Below, one piece after another: positions 35,175 to 43,617 of a stretch of 64,000 bases of DNA. The notes under the pieces were generated by a model. That model was not told the origin of the DNA. It worked only from the letters and a program-made list of their open reading frames with translations, and did no database searches. Position 1 is the first letter of the stretch; each line of letters opens with the position of its first letter. Position numbers and translations under genes: made by a program. Source of the stretch: an uncultured Gemmatimonadales bacterium (GTDB lineage: Bacteria > Gemmatimonadota > Gemmatimonadetes > Gemmatimonadales > GWC2-71-9). The stretch spans positions 452,497-516,496 of the forward strand of contig CAVVWJ010000001.1 in NCBI GenBank assembly GCA_963751925.1, in the 5' to 3' direction.

Positions 35175-36428
35175 TCATGACGGGTTGCCATCCCGTGCCG
35201 CGACCTGATCGGGCTCCTTCCTGCTGGAGCCATTACTCACAACTCCAAACGCCTGGTAGAACCGCCGAATGGCGGGATCGCGCAGCAAGCCCCCGTGCAC
35301 CTGCAGCAGGTTCACGTCGCTGTTCCCGTTCGCCTCCAGGATCACCGGCACCCCCTCGGCATCCACCAGAATGTCCCACCCCGCCATCCGGTTGAACGGC
35401 AGGCTCGCCGCCACCCGCAGCACCGTATCCGTGATCTCGGCCCACCCCGGCAGCACCGCCCCCGTGATCTGCGCCCCCGTGTCCGGATGATGGGTAAACT
35501 GCTGCTGCCCACCCCGGCCCCCCTTCAGGGGATGCATCCGCCCCTCCCCCAGGGTGCCGCTGCTCCGCTCGATCGGTGCCGAGATCCCCCCACCCGACCA
35601 GTTATCCGTCGGCACCGTATCGGCCGTCCCGATCCGCTGCACCGCCCGGGCGATGAACGGGGCCGCCTCGCCCGGGGTCCACAGCGTCAGCAGCCGCATG
35701 GTGTTGGCACTCCCCGGAAACAGCCCCCGCCAGAACGCCCCCTGCTCCAGCCGACGCTCAATCAGCACTCCGCTGGGGTCTCGTTGCTCACGGTGGGCTC
35801 GTTCCTCCAGCGCCCCCACATAATTGTCGTAATCGAACACCTCGACCTCACGACCTCGCTGCCTGAGAAACTGGCCGCCGCGCCAGGTCAGCAGGAAGAT
35901 GTCCTCTCCACACCAGCCGTCCTCGGGCTTCACGATGTAGCTGGAGCCCTCTCCCGTGCCTCGAAGATGCTCGAACAGCTCCTCGAGCGAGACATACCGC
36001 GCGTTTTCTGCGAAGGGGGCCAAGAGGATTTGCCGCTGGTGGATATAGGCCATCGTCTCGGCCTGGCGGAATCCCATCGCCAAAAGCACGGACCGGAGAC
36101 CGAGCTTCCGCTGATACAGGCCTTCCCACGAGTTGATGCGCCCGCACCGAACGAAGTGCTGGTAGTCGCTCAGATACTCGGCAGGGTCGTTGCGGGGGAG
36201 ATCGTAGATGGTGGCGGACTCAGCGAAGAATCCTCGTCTCCACATATCGAACTTCTGGCCGAGCGGCAGACCGGTACGCGCCTTTCGCTCGTGTTTCAGC
36301 CAGGCGTAGCTGGAGCGCGCGGTCTGGTAGAGACGGAGATCGGCGCGACGAAGCGCCGCGGTGACAGGACCAAACTGCGCAGCAGCCTGGGACCCGCCGT
36401 TCGCGGTAGAGGGGTTTCGATCCTCCAT
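35175..36428 (-). CDS. ATP-grasp ligase of the sugar-transfer-associated type, copy 2
   Basis: 417 aa. YIVKPEDGWCGED, LIERRLEQ, then the same C-terminal half as copy 1 plus a unique 24-aa tail. The N-terminal half is diverged from copy 1. Confidence 0.8.
   Translation of the reverse strand: MEDRNPSTANGGSQAAAQFGPVTAALRRADLRLYQTARSSYAWLKHERKARTGLPLGQKFDMWRRGFFAESATIYDLPRNDPAEYLSDYQHFVRCGRINSWEGLYQRKLGLRSVLLAMGFRQAETMAYIHQRQILLAPFAENARYVSLEELFEHLRGTGEGSSYIVKPEDGWCGEDIFLLTWRGGQFLRQRGREVEVFDYDNYVGALEERAHREQRDPSGVLIERRLEQGAFWRGLFPGSANTMRLLTLWTPGEAAPFIARAVQRIGTADTVPTDNWSGGGISAPIERSSGTLGEGRMHPLKGGRGGQQQFTHHPDTGAQITGAVLPGWAEITDTVLRVAASLPFNRMAGWDILVDAEGVPVILEANGNSDVNLLQVHGGLLRDPAIRRFYQAFGVVSNGSSRKEPDQVAARDGNPS
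35251..35759. repeat. 509-bp perfect direct repeat, copy B, internal to ATP-grasp gene 2
   Basis: Identical to 32381-32889 (see copy A). Confidence 0.95.
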
Positions 36429-36553
36429 ATACGTACAGTCCTTTGAAAGCGTCTTAGGTGCCGACTTCGGCAGAGGCCCAATTTGGGGACTGGGAGCATT
36501 TATGGAGTGAGCAACGTCACAGCTTGGTGGCTGGGCTTATCTGCCTATGGCTC

Positions 36554-37534
36554 TCAGAGATAACCCATCTCGCGGTACCACTGCCCAGTCAGTCGCAGTC
36601 CCGCAGATAGCGGCACGCGCGGGACGTACCCGAGCTCACGTTTGGCGCGGCTGATGTCGAAGGCGCGATTCTGCCGGTACCAGTCCACTCTACGTGGAAA
36701 GATCGGTGGCGTGATGCCGAATGGGCGGCAGACCTTTTCTACTACGTGGCCGACCGCCACTACCGGCAGAACGGGGTAGTGAGGAATCCGCACATCAACG
36801 TCGAGTGCCCGGGCGACTTCCTTGACGATTTCCTCGATGGGATAGTAGTGCTCGTCGGCAATGAGGTATGCCCGACCGCGGCCGACACCAGGCGGCATGC
36901 AGAGGAGAAAGGAGTCTACCAGATTGTCGATGTAGAGCGGATGGTACAGCGTGCGCCCGCTGCCGAACATCGGGAATGTCCCTTTGGCGACCCGCTTGAA
37001 GATCATGAAAAACCGCTCGGGATCGCCGGGGCCATAGATGGCAGCGGGCCTCAGGATAACCGTCTCCATTGGTCCCGACTCCGCCAGCACGAGCGGCTCG
37101 GCTTCGTACTTGGTGCGCTGGTAGTAATCAGCGGGCTTGATGGGAGCATCCTCGTTGGCCGGGGGATGATCCACGTTTCCGTGCACGCCGCAAGTGCTGC
37201 AGTAGATGAACTTTCGCACGCCATGCCGACGGGCCGATTCCAGTACGACCCGCGTGCCGCCGACGTTCACGTCGTCGTAGAATGAGTTGGGTACATTCAG
37301 CTCGCGAAAAGCGGCCGCAAGATGGAATACGAGCTCCACTCCCGTCATGCTCCGCTCTACGGCGTCTTTATCAGTGACCGATCCGATGACCACCTCCGCG
37401 CCGTGGGCGCGCAAGGCGTCGCACTGCAGGCCCTCCTTGTAGTCGAGTGCCACCACCGCGTGGCCTTCGTCAATCAGCCGCTTTACTAGTGCAGTACCGG
37501 TAAACCCGGTGCCGCCTGTCACCAACACCCGCAT
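36554..37534 (-). CDS. NAD-dependent epimerase/dehydratase (extended SDR), copy 2
   Basis: MRVLVTGGTGFTGTALV, catalytic YYQRTK, VILRPAAIYGPGD. A paralogue of 31300-32319, with roughly half the residues identical by eye. Confidence 0.88.
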   Translation of the reverse strand: MRVLVTGGTGFTGTALVKRLIDEGHAVVALDYKEGLQCDALRAHGAEVVIGSVTDKDAVERSMTGVELVFHLAAAFRELNVPNSFYDDVNVGGTRVVLESARRHGVRKFIYCSTCGVHGNVDHPPANEDAPIKPADYYQRTKYEAEPLVLAESGPMETVILRPAAIYGPGDPERFFMIFKRVAKGTFPMFGSGRTLYHPLYIDNLVDSFLLCMPPGVGRGRAYLIADEHYYPIEEIVKEVARALDVDVRIPHYPVLPVVAVGHVVEKVCRPFGITPPIFPRRVDWYRQNRAFDISRAKRELGYVPRVPLSAGLRLTGQWYREMGYL

Positions 37535-37675
37535 GACCTACCTCCAGCATGGAAACGAGTAAGTGAAAATCTGTTTTGACGCCTACGCGGTGATGGTTGG
37601 CCACGGGCGCGAACAGTCCGGCAGACAGGGATCGCCCCGATGGACAGGGGTTCGCCCGCCCTCTAGCTTCTGGGC

Positions 37676-38476
37676 ATGAGCAGTAACGCCAGCTCCGCTC
37701 CCGGGCCGCAGCCGATCAACAGTCATCCACTGCGCCGATTCCACGAGCTCCGCGAGGACGCGGATATCGGGACGTCGTCCGAGGACTACGCACGCCGGTT
37801 TACCGGAGCGGTGGGACGATGGTTCGTGGAAACTCAGACACGCCTCACCCTGAGCGTTCTGAGCGCTCTGCCTGCCGGAGCCTCGGTTCTCGACGTGGGC
37901 GGCGGACACGCCCAGATTGCGCCTCCCCTGATCGAGCACGGCTATGAAGTTACCGTCGTTGGGAGCGATCCCGTCTGCGGTGCCCGGCTGGCGCCATGGA
38001 TCTCGAACGGCACCTGCAAGTTCGAGGTGGCGAACCTCCGAGCTCTTCCTTATCCGGACCGTTCGTTCGATGCCGTCGTCTGCCTTCGGCTGTTGCCGCA
38101 CAGCGTGGATTGGAACGGTCTGATTGCGGAGCTTTGCCGCGTTGCCAGGCGCTCCGTGGTCATCGACTATCCGTCGCTCCGCAGTGCCAATCTTCTCTCC
38201 GAGTACTTGTTCGACCTCAAGAAAGGCATCGAGGTGAACACTCGGCGCTTCATTTCGTTCACCCCGCGCCAGATTCACACCGCCTTCGCTGCCAACGGCT
38301 TTTCGGTCCGGGCAGAACGGCCCCAGTTTCTGCTCCCGATGGTGCTTCATCGGTTGGGCAAGCGAGCAGCCCTGAGCCGGCTCGCCGAGGCCCCGGGCCG
38401 ACTGCTGGGCATTACTCGCTGGTTCGGCTCCCCAATTATAGTCCGAGCAGATCGCCACGCGCTTCCCGACTCATAG
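37676..38476 (+). CDS. Class I SAM-dependent methyltransferase
   Basis: VLDVGGGHA (motif I), VVGSDP, FDAVVCLRLLPH, RRSVVIDYP. Confidence 0.8.
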   Translation: MSSNASSAPGPQPINSHPLRRFHELREDADIGTSSEDYARRFTGAVGRWFVETQTRLTLSVLSALPAGASVLDVGGGHAQIAPPLIEHGYEVTVVGSDPVCGARLAPWISNGTCKFEVANLRALPYPDRSFDAVVCLRLLPHSVDWNGLIAELCRVARRSVVIDYPSLRSANLLSEYLFDLKKGIEVNTRRFISFTPRQIHTAFAANGFSVRAERPQFLLPMVLHRLGKRAALSRLAEAPGRLLGITRWFGSPIIVRADRHALPDS

Positions 38477-38510
38477 AGGGTGGCGTACTCCCGGCATCAG
38501 CTGGTCCGGT

Positions 38511-38530
38511 ACAATCACCTGGCCTGAATT
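38511..38530 (+). terminator. Perfect 8-bp hairpin GGCCTGAA-TTCC-TTCAGGCC without a U-tract; a possible weak terminator or operator
   Basis: A palindrome read directly from the sequence, 35 nt after the methyltransferase stop. Confidence 0.25.
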
Positions 38531-38602
38531 CCTTCAGGCCCAGGACACAGCCGGAGTCGCCGGTCGCAGGTTCGAGCCAGCGACTTTTGCCACTGAGGGG
38601 CA

Positions 38603-39790
38603 ATGCGACTCTCTTTTCACCAGAGAATCCTGCTCACACTCGTTTGCCTCGGCGCGCTTCCAACCGCCCTGGCCATCCTCGGGTGGGGCCTCACCATCCG
38701 ATCCACCACCAGGGCTCCAGGCGCCCGAGAGGCGATCGAAGATGTGGCGATCTCCGGCCGGCAGCTCCTGCACACGATAGACTCGACTCGCCTCGGGCAA
38801 CCCGAGCGCCGCGCGCTGGCAGAGCACGCCAGCCGGCTGAACACGGCCATTGGGCAGCTGCAGCGGGCTGACACGTTCAGCCGGTACTACTATGCCGGAC
38901 TGGGACTGCTCATTCTCCTGCTTGGCGGCGCCGTGGTGTACGCGTCGATCAGATTCGGGGGACATCTCTCGCGTCAATTGAGTCGGCCAATCGAGGAGCT
39001 GATCGGATGGACCGGACACATTCAGCGGATGGAGCCGCTTCCCCCTGATCGGCCTCGCCGAGGTGCCCCGGAGTTCGCCGCGTTACGCACGGCGCTCCGG
39101 GACATGGCAGGCGCACTCGAGCGAGCCCGAGCCCAGGAGCTGGAGGCGGAACGCCTGCGGGCCTTTCGGGAGGTGGCCCGGCGGGTAGCCCATGAAATGA
39201 GAAATCCGCTGACACCCATCCGTCTGGCTGTTTCTCAGCTCGAGCACTCGGCCGGGAGCGAGCACCGTGAAGCGGTGGATGTTCTCGTCGCGGAGTCTGA
39301 GCGGCTGGAGCAGCTCGCGCGAGAATTCACCGAGTTCGGACGGCTGCCGCAGGGACCGGCGGCACCGGTGGATTATGGAGAGCTTCTGTCAGAGCTGGCT
39401 CGGACCTCGGTGCCACCCACTATGTCGGCGCAGGTGAATGTGGACCCTGACACTGCGACCTTAATGGGCCACTACGATGCTCTCCGGCGAGCGTTTAGCA
39501 ACATTTTGCGCAACGCGGTGGAGGCCTGCAGTGAACGAGGGAAGATCGAGATTGCTGTCTCGCCATGGAATGGAGCAGGGGTCCGGATCGAGATCTGTGA
39601 TCATGGACCCGGAGTGCCTTCCGAGATCGCAGACCACATCTTCGATCCTTATCGGACCGGAAAGGCAGGGGGAACCGGGTTGGGACTGGCGCTGGTGAAG
39701 CAGACGATCGAGATGCACGGCGGGACCATGACTCTGTCTGAGACCCCCGGCGGCGGAGCCACCTTCCTGGTGCAGATCGGTCCGGCGTGA
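38603..39790 (+). CDS. Membrane sensor histidine kinase, NtrY-like (2 TM, HAMP, HisKA, HATPase_c)
   Basis: Transmembrane helices ILLTLVCLGALPTALAILGWGL and YYYAGLGLLILLLGGAVVYA. H-box VARRVAHEMRNPLTPIRLAVSQL (NtrY/AtoS type), then NILRNAVEA, DHGPGVP and GTGLGLALV. Confidence 0.88.
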   Translation: MRLSFHQRILLTLVCLGALPTALAILGWGLTIRSTTRAPGAREAIEDVAISGRQLLHTIDSTRLGQPERRALAEHASRLNTAIGQLQRADTFSRYYYAGLGLLILLLGGAVVYASIRFGGHLSRQLSRPIEELIGWTGHIQRMEPLPPDRPRRGAPEFAALRTALRDMAGALERARAQELEAERLRAFREVARRVAHEMRNPLTPIRLAVSQLEHSAGSEHREAVDVLVAESERLEQLAREFTEFGRLPQGPAAPVDYGELLSELARTSVPPTMSAQVNVDPDTATLMGHYDALRRAFSNILRNAVEACSERGKIEIAVSPWNGAGVRIEICDHGPGVPSEIADHIFDPYRTGKAGGTGLGLALVKQTIEMHGGTMTLSETPGGGATFLVQIGPA

Positions 39791-41163
39791 GCCAGGGCGA
39801 GCAGGTCCTCCTGGTGGACGATGAAGCCAACATTCGCCGAATGCTCGGCGCCCTCCTGCGCAGCGAGGGTTTTTCCGTCACCGAGGCGCCCAGCGGAAAC
39901 GCCGCTCTCCTCCTGCTGGACGAGGCCGATCCCGATGTTGTCCTGCTCGACCTCCTGATGCCGCCGGGACCGGACGGTCTCGAGACATTGACGAAGATCC
40001 GGGATCGAGGACGGGCCGCACCCGTCATCATGATGAGCGGCAAGGCCCAGCTCACCGATGCGGTCAGGGCCGTCAAACTGGGAGCGTTTCAGTTCCTGGA
40101 GAAGCCGTTGAGCCCTGAAGGCGTACTCGTGACAGTGCGAGCCGCGCTCGAGCTCAACCGGACTCGCGCCGAAAATCGTGCGCTCCAGGCAGAATTGGCG
40201 CGCCGCGCGACGATGATCGGCAGCGGCGCGGCGATGCAGCAGGTGCGCTCCCTGATTGCCCGAGTGGCTCCGACAGAGGCACGGGTGCTTGTCACTGGTG
40301 AATCCGGCACCGGCAAAGAGCTGGTCGCCGCCGCTATCCATGCGGCCAGTCGGAGGCGAGAGCGTGCGTTCGTGACGGTAAACTGCGCCGCAATTCCGCG
40401 CGACCTGGTGGAGTCAGAGATGTTCGGGCACGAACGGGGCGCCTTCACCGGCGCCACCGAGCGGCGGCTGGGTCGCTTCGAGCTGGCGCACGGAGGGACG
40501 CTCTTCCTGGACGAGGTGGGAGACCTCAGCCCCGAAGCGCAGGCGAAACTGTTGCGGACACTGGAGACAGGAGAGCTGCAGCGCATCGGCGCGGAGTCGG
40601 TCCTGCGGATCGACACGCGCGTCGTCGCGGCCACCAACCGGCGTCTGGAAGATGCGGTGAGCGACGGAGCCTTTCGGGAAGATCTGTTCTTCCGGCTCAA
40701 CGTCTTCCCAATTCACCTCCCGCCGCTGCGGGAGCGACTGGAGGACCTGCCGTCTTTGGTGGCCCATCTGGCGGAACGGGTGCGTCCGCGCCACGCTGCA
40801 ACCTTCACCGAGGCGGCGCTAAGTGTACTCGCGTCCTATTCCTGGCCAGGAAACATCCGGGAGTTGGCGAATCTGGTGGAGCGTCTCAGCATTTTGAGTG
40901 GGCCGGTGGTCGATGCGGAAGCAGTGCGCCAGGTCCTGCGGGGCGCAACCCTGCTTGCCCCTAGCGGTACGGCGGCGCCGCTGCCCAGCAGATCGCTCAG
41001 TGATGCGATCGACGACTTCGAACGGGGATTGATCGCATCGGCGTTGGCGCAGGCCCAGGGGAACATGGCAGAAGCCGCCCGGCTTCTTCAGACCGATCGC
41101 GCCAATCTGTACCGTCGGATGCGCCGGCTGGGATTGGAAAAGAGCGTCGACGCAGAGCCGTAG
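39787..41163 (+). CDS. Sigma54-dependent response regulator (NtrC/NtrX family)
   Basis: A GTGA overlap with the kinase. VLLVDDE...DVVLLDLLMP, GESGTGKE, GAFTGA, LFLDEV, and a C-terminal HTH NMAEAARLLQTDRANLYRRM. Confidence 0.92.
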   Translation: MSQGEQVLLVDDEANIRRMLGALLRSEGFSVTEAPSGNAALLLLDEADPDVVLLDLLMPPGPDGLETLTKIRDRGRAAPVIMMSGKAQLTDAVRAVKLGAFQFLEKPLSPEGVLVTVRAALELNRTRAENRALQAELARRATMIGSGAAMQQVRSLIARVAPTEARVLVTGESGTGKELVAAAIHAASRRRERAFVTVNCAAIPRDLVESEMFGHERGAFTGATERRLGRFELAHGGTLFLDEVGDLSPEAQAKLLRTLETGELQRIGAESVLRIDTRVVAATNRRLEDAVSDGAFREDLFFRLNVFPIHLPPLRERLEDLPSLVAHLAERVRPRHAATFTEAALSVLASYSWPGNIRELANLVERLSILSGPVVDAEAVRQVLRGATLLAPSGTAAPLPSRSLSDAIDDFERGLIASALAQAQGNMAEAARLLQTDRANLYRRMRRLGLEKSVDAEP

Positions 41164-41186
41164 CAACTCACTTCTTCGAGCCTCTC

Positions 41187-42911
41187 ATGCGCCTGCTCCT
41201 CGCCGGCCTGCTCCTGGCGCTCGCATCGCCATTACGCGCGCAGGACAGCGTCATCGTGATCGACCCGAACGCCACCGCCACTGATACGGTGATTCGTGGC
41301 GGCGCGCCCGCCGAGTTGATCACCGAGCTCATCGCCTTCTACAACGACTCGGCCACCACACGAATGCTGGGTGACGTCACCTTGCCAGCCGGCACCCGAC
41401 TCGAAGGGAAGCTGGCGCTTTACCGGGGATCGCTGCGGATCGCAGGCAGGGTCGACGGACCGGTCTCAGTCGCGAACGGAACGCTCTACCTGCTGCCGGG
41501 CGCCACTGTGGCTGGCGACATTCTCGTGGTGGGAGGGCGGCTCATCCGCTCGGAGCAGGTCGAGCATGTCGGCCGTGAGCGGGTGTACTGGGATGCCGCG
41601 CCAGTGGTCCGCACGCCGGATGGCTTGCTGGCCCTCCGAGAGCGCCGACGCCCGCTGCGCGATCTCGCAACAGCTCGCACCACCTTCCAATCCGGCAAGC
41701 TCAGAACCACGCTCTCCCTTGGCACCGGCGGCACCTACAATCGAATCGAAGGACTCCCCGTTCTCTTCGGCCCCCTCTTCGAGATCAAACCATCGCCGCG
41801 GAGCTATGCCCGGATCGACTTGCGTGGGATTCTCCGAACTGCGGGTGAGTCGGAGGACCGTAGCGACTTCGGCTACGTGGCCCGAGCCGACCTAAGGTTC
41901 CAGCGAGGTGTCGAGTTCGGCGTGGGAGGACGGCTCTATAGCGAAATACAACCGATCGAGGACCAGCCACTTTCCGTGGGCGAATCGGGCTGGTCGGCCT
42001 TTCTGCTTCAGCGCGATTACCGGGACTACTTCGAGCGCGAGGGCGTAGAGGGAATTGCGTACCTCCAACCGAGTCCGGCATGGCGCTTCCAATTCTCCAT
42101 CAGGAGAGATGCCGAGCGCTCGGTGAGGGCCACCGATCCATGGTCTCTGCTCCGGAACAGCGATCGGTGGCGGCGCAATCCACTGATCGATGACGGGCAC
42201 TACTTCACCACCGGCCTGCAGCTGGACTACGACACCCGGAACGACCGCGAGCTGCCCACCACCGGCTGGTTCATCCGAAGCTGGTACGAACACTCGACCA
42301 GCGATGACATCGCGCCGGTCGCTCTCCCGGCGGTGGTACGCCCTAACCCGCCAACGGGTGGAGGCTACGCCACCGACCGAGTGTCTTTTGACGTGCGGCG
42401 ATACGCGAGGCTGACGCCGGCGCTGCGCGTGAACACCAGAGTGCGGGCCGACGGCTGGATCGCAGGTGACCGGTTGCCGGTGCAGCGCCGGTTTTCGCTC
42501 GGCGGCCCTGACATCCTCCCGGGATTCGATTTTCGGGCGTTCAGCTGCGCTCCCGGAGGGTTCAGCGATCCATCGGATCTGGCTCTGTGCGACCGCATCA
42601 TTGCCACTCAGCTGGAAGTTCGGACGCGTTTGCGGCTGAACCTCGGCTACAGGATGCCGGAGCGCGAGCAGGCGGGTCGCTTCATCGGAATCGAAGAAGC
42701 CGATCTCGTCCTCTTCACCGATGCTGGAAAAGCCTGGCTGGCAGGGAGCGGTCCGGGGCAGGTACCAGTGAACCGCCTTCCTGCGCTGAAAGAGTGGGCC
42801 TGGGACGTTGGCGTAGGACTCGATGCGGGAGAGATCGGCGCCTACCTCGCCAAGAGCGTATCCGGGGGAGAGCCGATCAAGTTTATCGTCAGGCTACAGC
42901 GCCGCTTCTAG
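41187..42911 (+). CDS. Omp85/BamA-superfamily outer-membrane barrel with an N-terminal beta-helix (bactofilin-like repeat) region instead of obvious POTRA repeats
   Basis: Signal peptide MRLLLAGLLLALASPLRAQ. GKLALYRGSLRIAGRVDGPVSVANGTLYLLPGATVAGDILVVGGRLI, the barrel motif LQLDYDTRNDRELPTTGWF, and a C-terminal ...RLQRRF. Confidence 0.7.
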   Translation: MRLLLAGLLLALASPLRAQDSVIVIDPNATATDTVIRGGAPAELITELIAFYNDSATTRMLGDVTLPAGTRLEGKLALYRGSLRIAGRVDGPVSVANGTLYLLPGATVAGDILVVGGRLIRSEQVEHVGRERVYWDAAPVVRTPDGLLALRERRRPLRDLATARTTFQSGKLRTTLSLGTGGTYNRIEGLPVLFGPLFEIKPSPRSYARIDLRGILRTAGESEDRSDFGYVARADLRFQRGVEFGVGGRLYSEIQPIEDQPLSVGESGWSAFLLQRDYRDYFEREGVEGIAYLQPSPAWRFQFSIRRDAERSVRATDPWSLLRNSDRWRRNPLIDDGHYFTTGLQLDYDTRNDRELPTTGWFIRSWYEHSTSDDIAPVALPAVVRPNPPTGGGYATDRVSFDVRRYARLTPALRVNTRVRADGWIAGDRLPVQRRFSLGGPDILPGFDFRAFSCAPGGFSDPSDLALCDRIIATQLEVRTRLRLNLGYRMPEREQAGRFIGIEEADLVLFTDAGKAWLAGSGPGQVPVNRLPALKEWAWDVGVGLDAGEIGAYLAKSVSGGEPIKFIVRLQRRF

Positions 42912-43606
42912 TGTCGAGCCAGCGTGGTTCCTTGACCCCGGGTGCATGGCGTCGCGCCGTATTCGCGCTGGCCTTGGGAATGGCCAGTACTCCTGTGGCC
43001 ATGCTTCGGGCGCAGGATTCTCGGCCAGTCCGACTGAACGTCATCCTCGCGCCGGACACCGGGTCACGCGGTTCGCGGGTCCCGGTCGTGCGCTCGGAAA
43101 ATCTGCTCGCCACCGACAGCCGCTGGCTTTCGGCCCTGCGATCGGGGCTGCCGGTGCGGCTGCATTACCGGCTGGAGATATGGCGATCTCGCGAGGGCTG
43201 GTTCGACACCTTCGATCGCCAGGTCGAGTGGGACGTTCTGGTCCGGCATGAGCCACTACTGGATCAGTACACTATGCTCACGCTGGTGGGAAACCAGCGG
43301 CAAGAGCGCCGGTACGCCACGCTCGATGCCCTCGGCGCCGCACTGGCCTTCGCGTACCAGGTCAACATCCGACCCAACGAGGCGGGCAACTACTACTACG
43401 CCGCATCGCTGCAGGTCGCTACCCTGTCGGATTCGGATCTGGATGAGCTCGAACGATTTCTCGGCGGAGATTCTGCGGCGGCAGCTGGCGGTAATGGGAG
43501 CTTCGGAGGTACCGTCGGACGAGGGGCAACCAGGTTTCTGCTACGTCTTGCGGGACTGCCGAGCTTGAGGCTGGAAACGCGGAGCGAACGCTTTTCGGTA
43601 CGTTGA
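42911..43606 (+). CDS. DUF4390-like protein with an N-terminal signal sequence
   Basis: The GTG at 42911 overlaps the upstream TAG by 1 nt. WRRAVFALALGMASTPVAMLRAQD, then GLPVRLHYRLEIWRSREGWFDTFDRQVEWDVLVRHEPLLDQYTM...RRYATLDALGAALAF, which matches my memory of the DUF4390 pattern. The ORF-track start at 42587 lies inside the upstream gene. Confidence 0.6.
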   Translation: MSSQRGSLTPGAWRRAVFALALGMASTPVAMLRAQDSRPVRLNVILAPDTGSRGSRVPVVRSENLLATDSRWLSALRSGLPVRLHYRLEIWRSREGWFDTFDRQVEWDVLVRHEPLLDQYTMLTLVGNQRQERRYATLDALGAALAFAYQVNIRPNEAGNYYYAASLQVATLSDSDLDELERFLGGDSAAAAGGNGSFGGTVGRGATRFLLRLAGLPSLRLETRSERFSVR

Positions 43607-43617
43607 TCCAAACCCCG

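Noticed and set aside
38551-38580. A tRNA-like T-arm string GGTTCGAGCC upstream of the NtrY-like kinase gene.
   Set aside because: The flanking bases (GCAGG / CAGCG) cannot form the T-stem. No acceptor or anticodon arms can be drawn, so this is not a tRNA or tmRNA.
21617-41163. Calling the locus an exosortase/PEP-CTERM (EpsH, PrsK/PrsR) system. The grounds would be the sigma54 regulators, the AsnB-like amidotransferase, the F390-like ligase and the sugar transferase.
   Set aside because: No exosortase (EpsH) gene, no PEP-CTERM substrate genes and no multi-TM PrsK-type kinase are visible in the window. The AsnB-like protein lacks the Cys that the exosortase-associated amidotransferases retain. 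The resemblance is only in accessory gene types.
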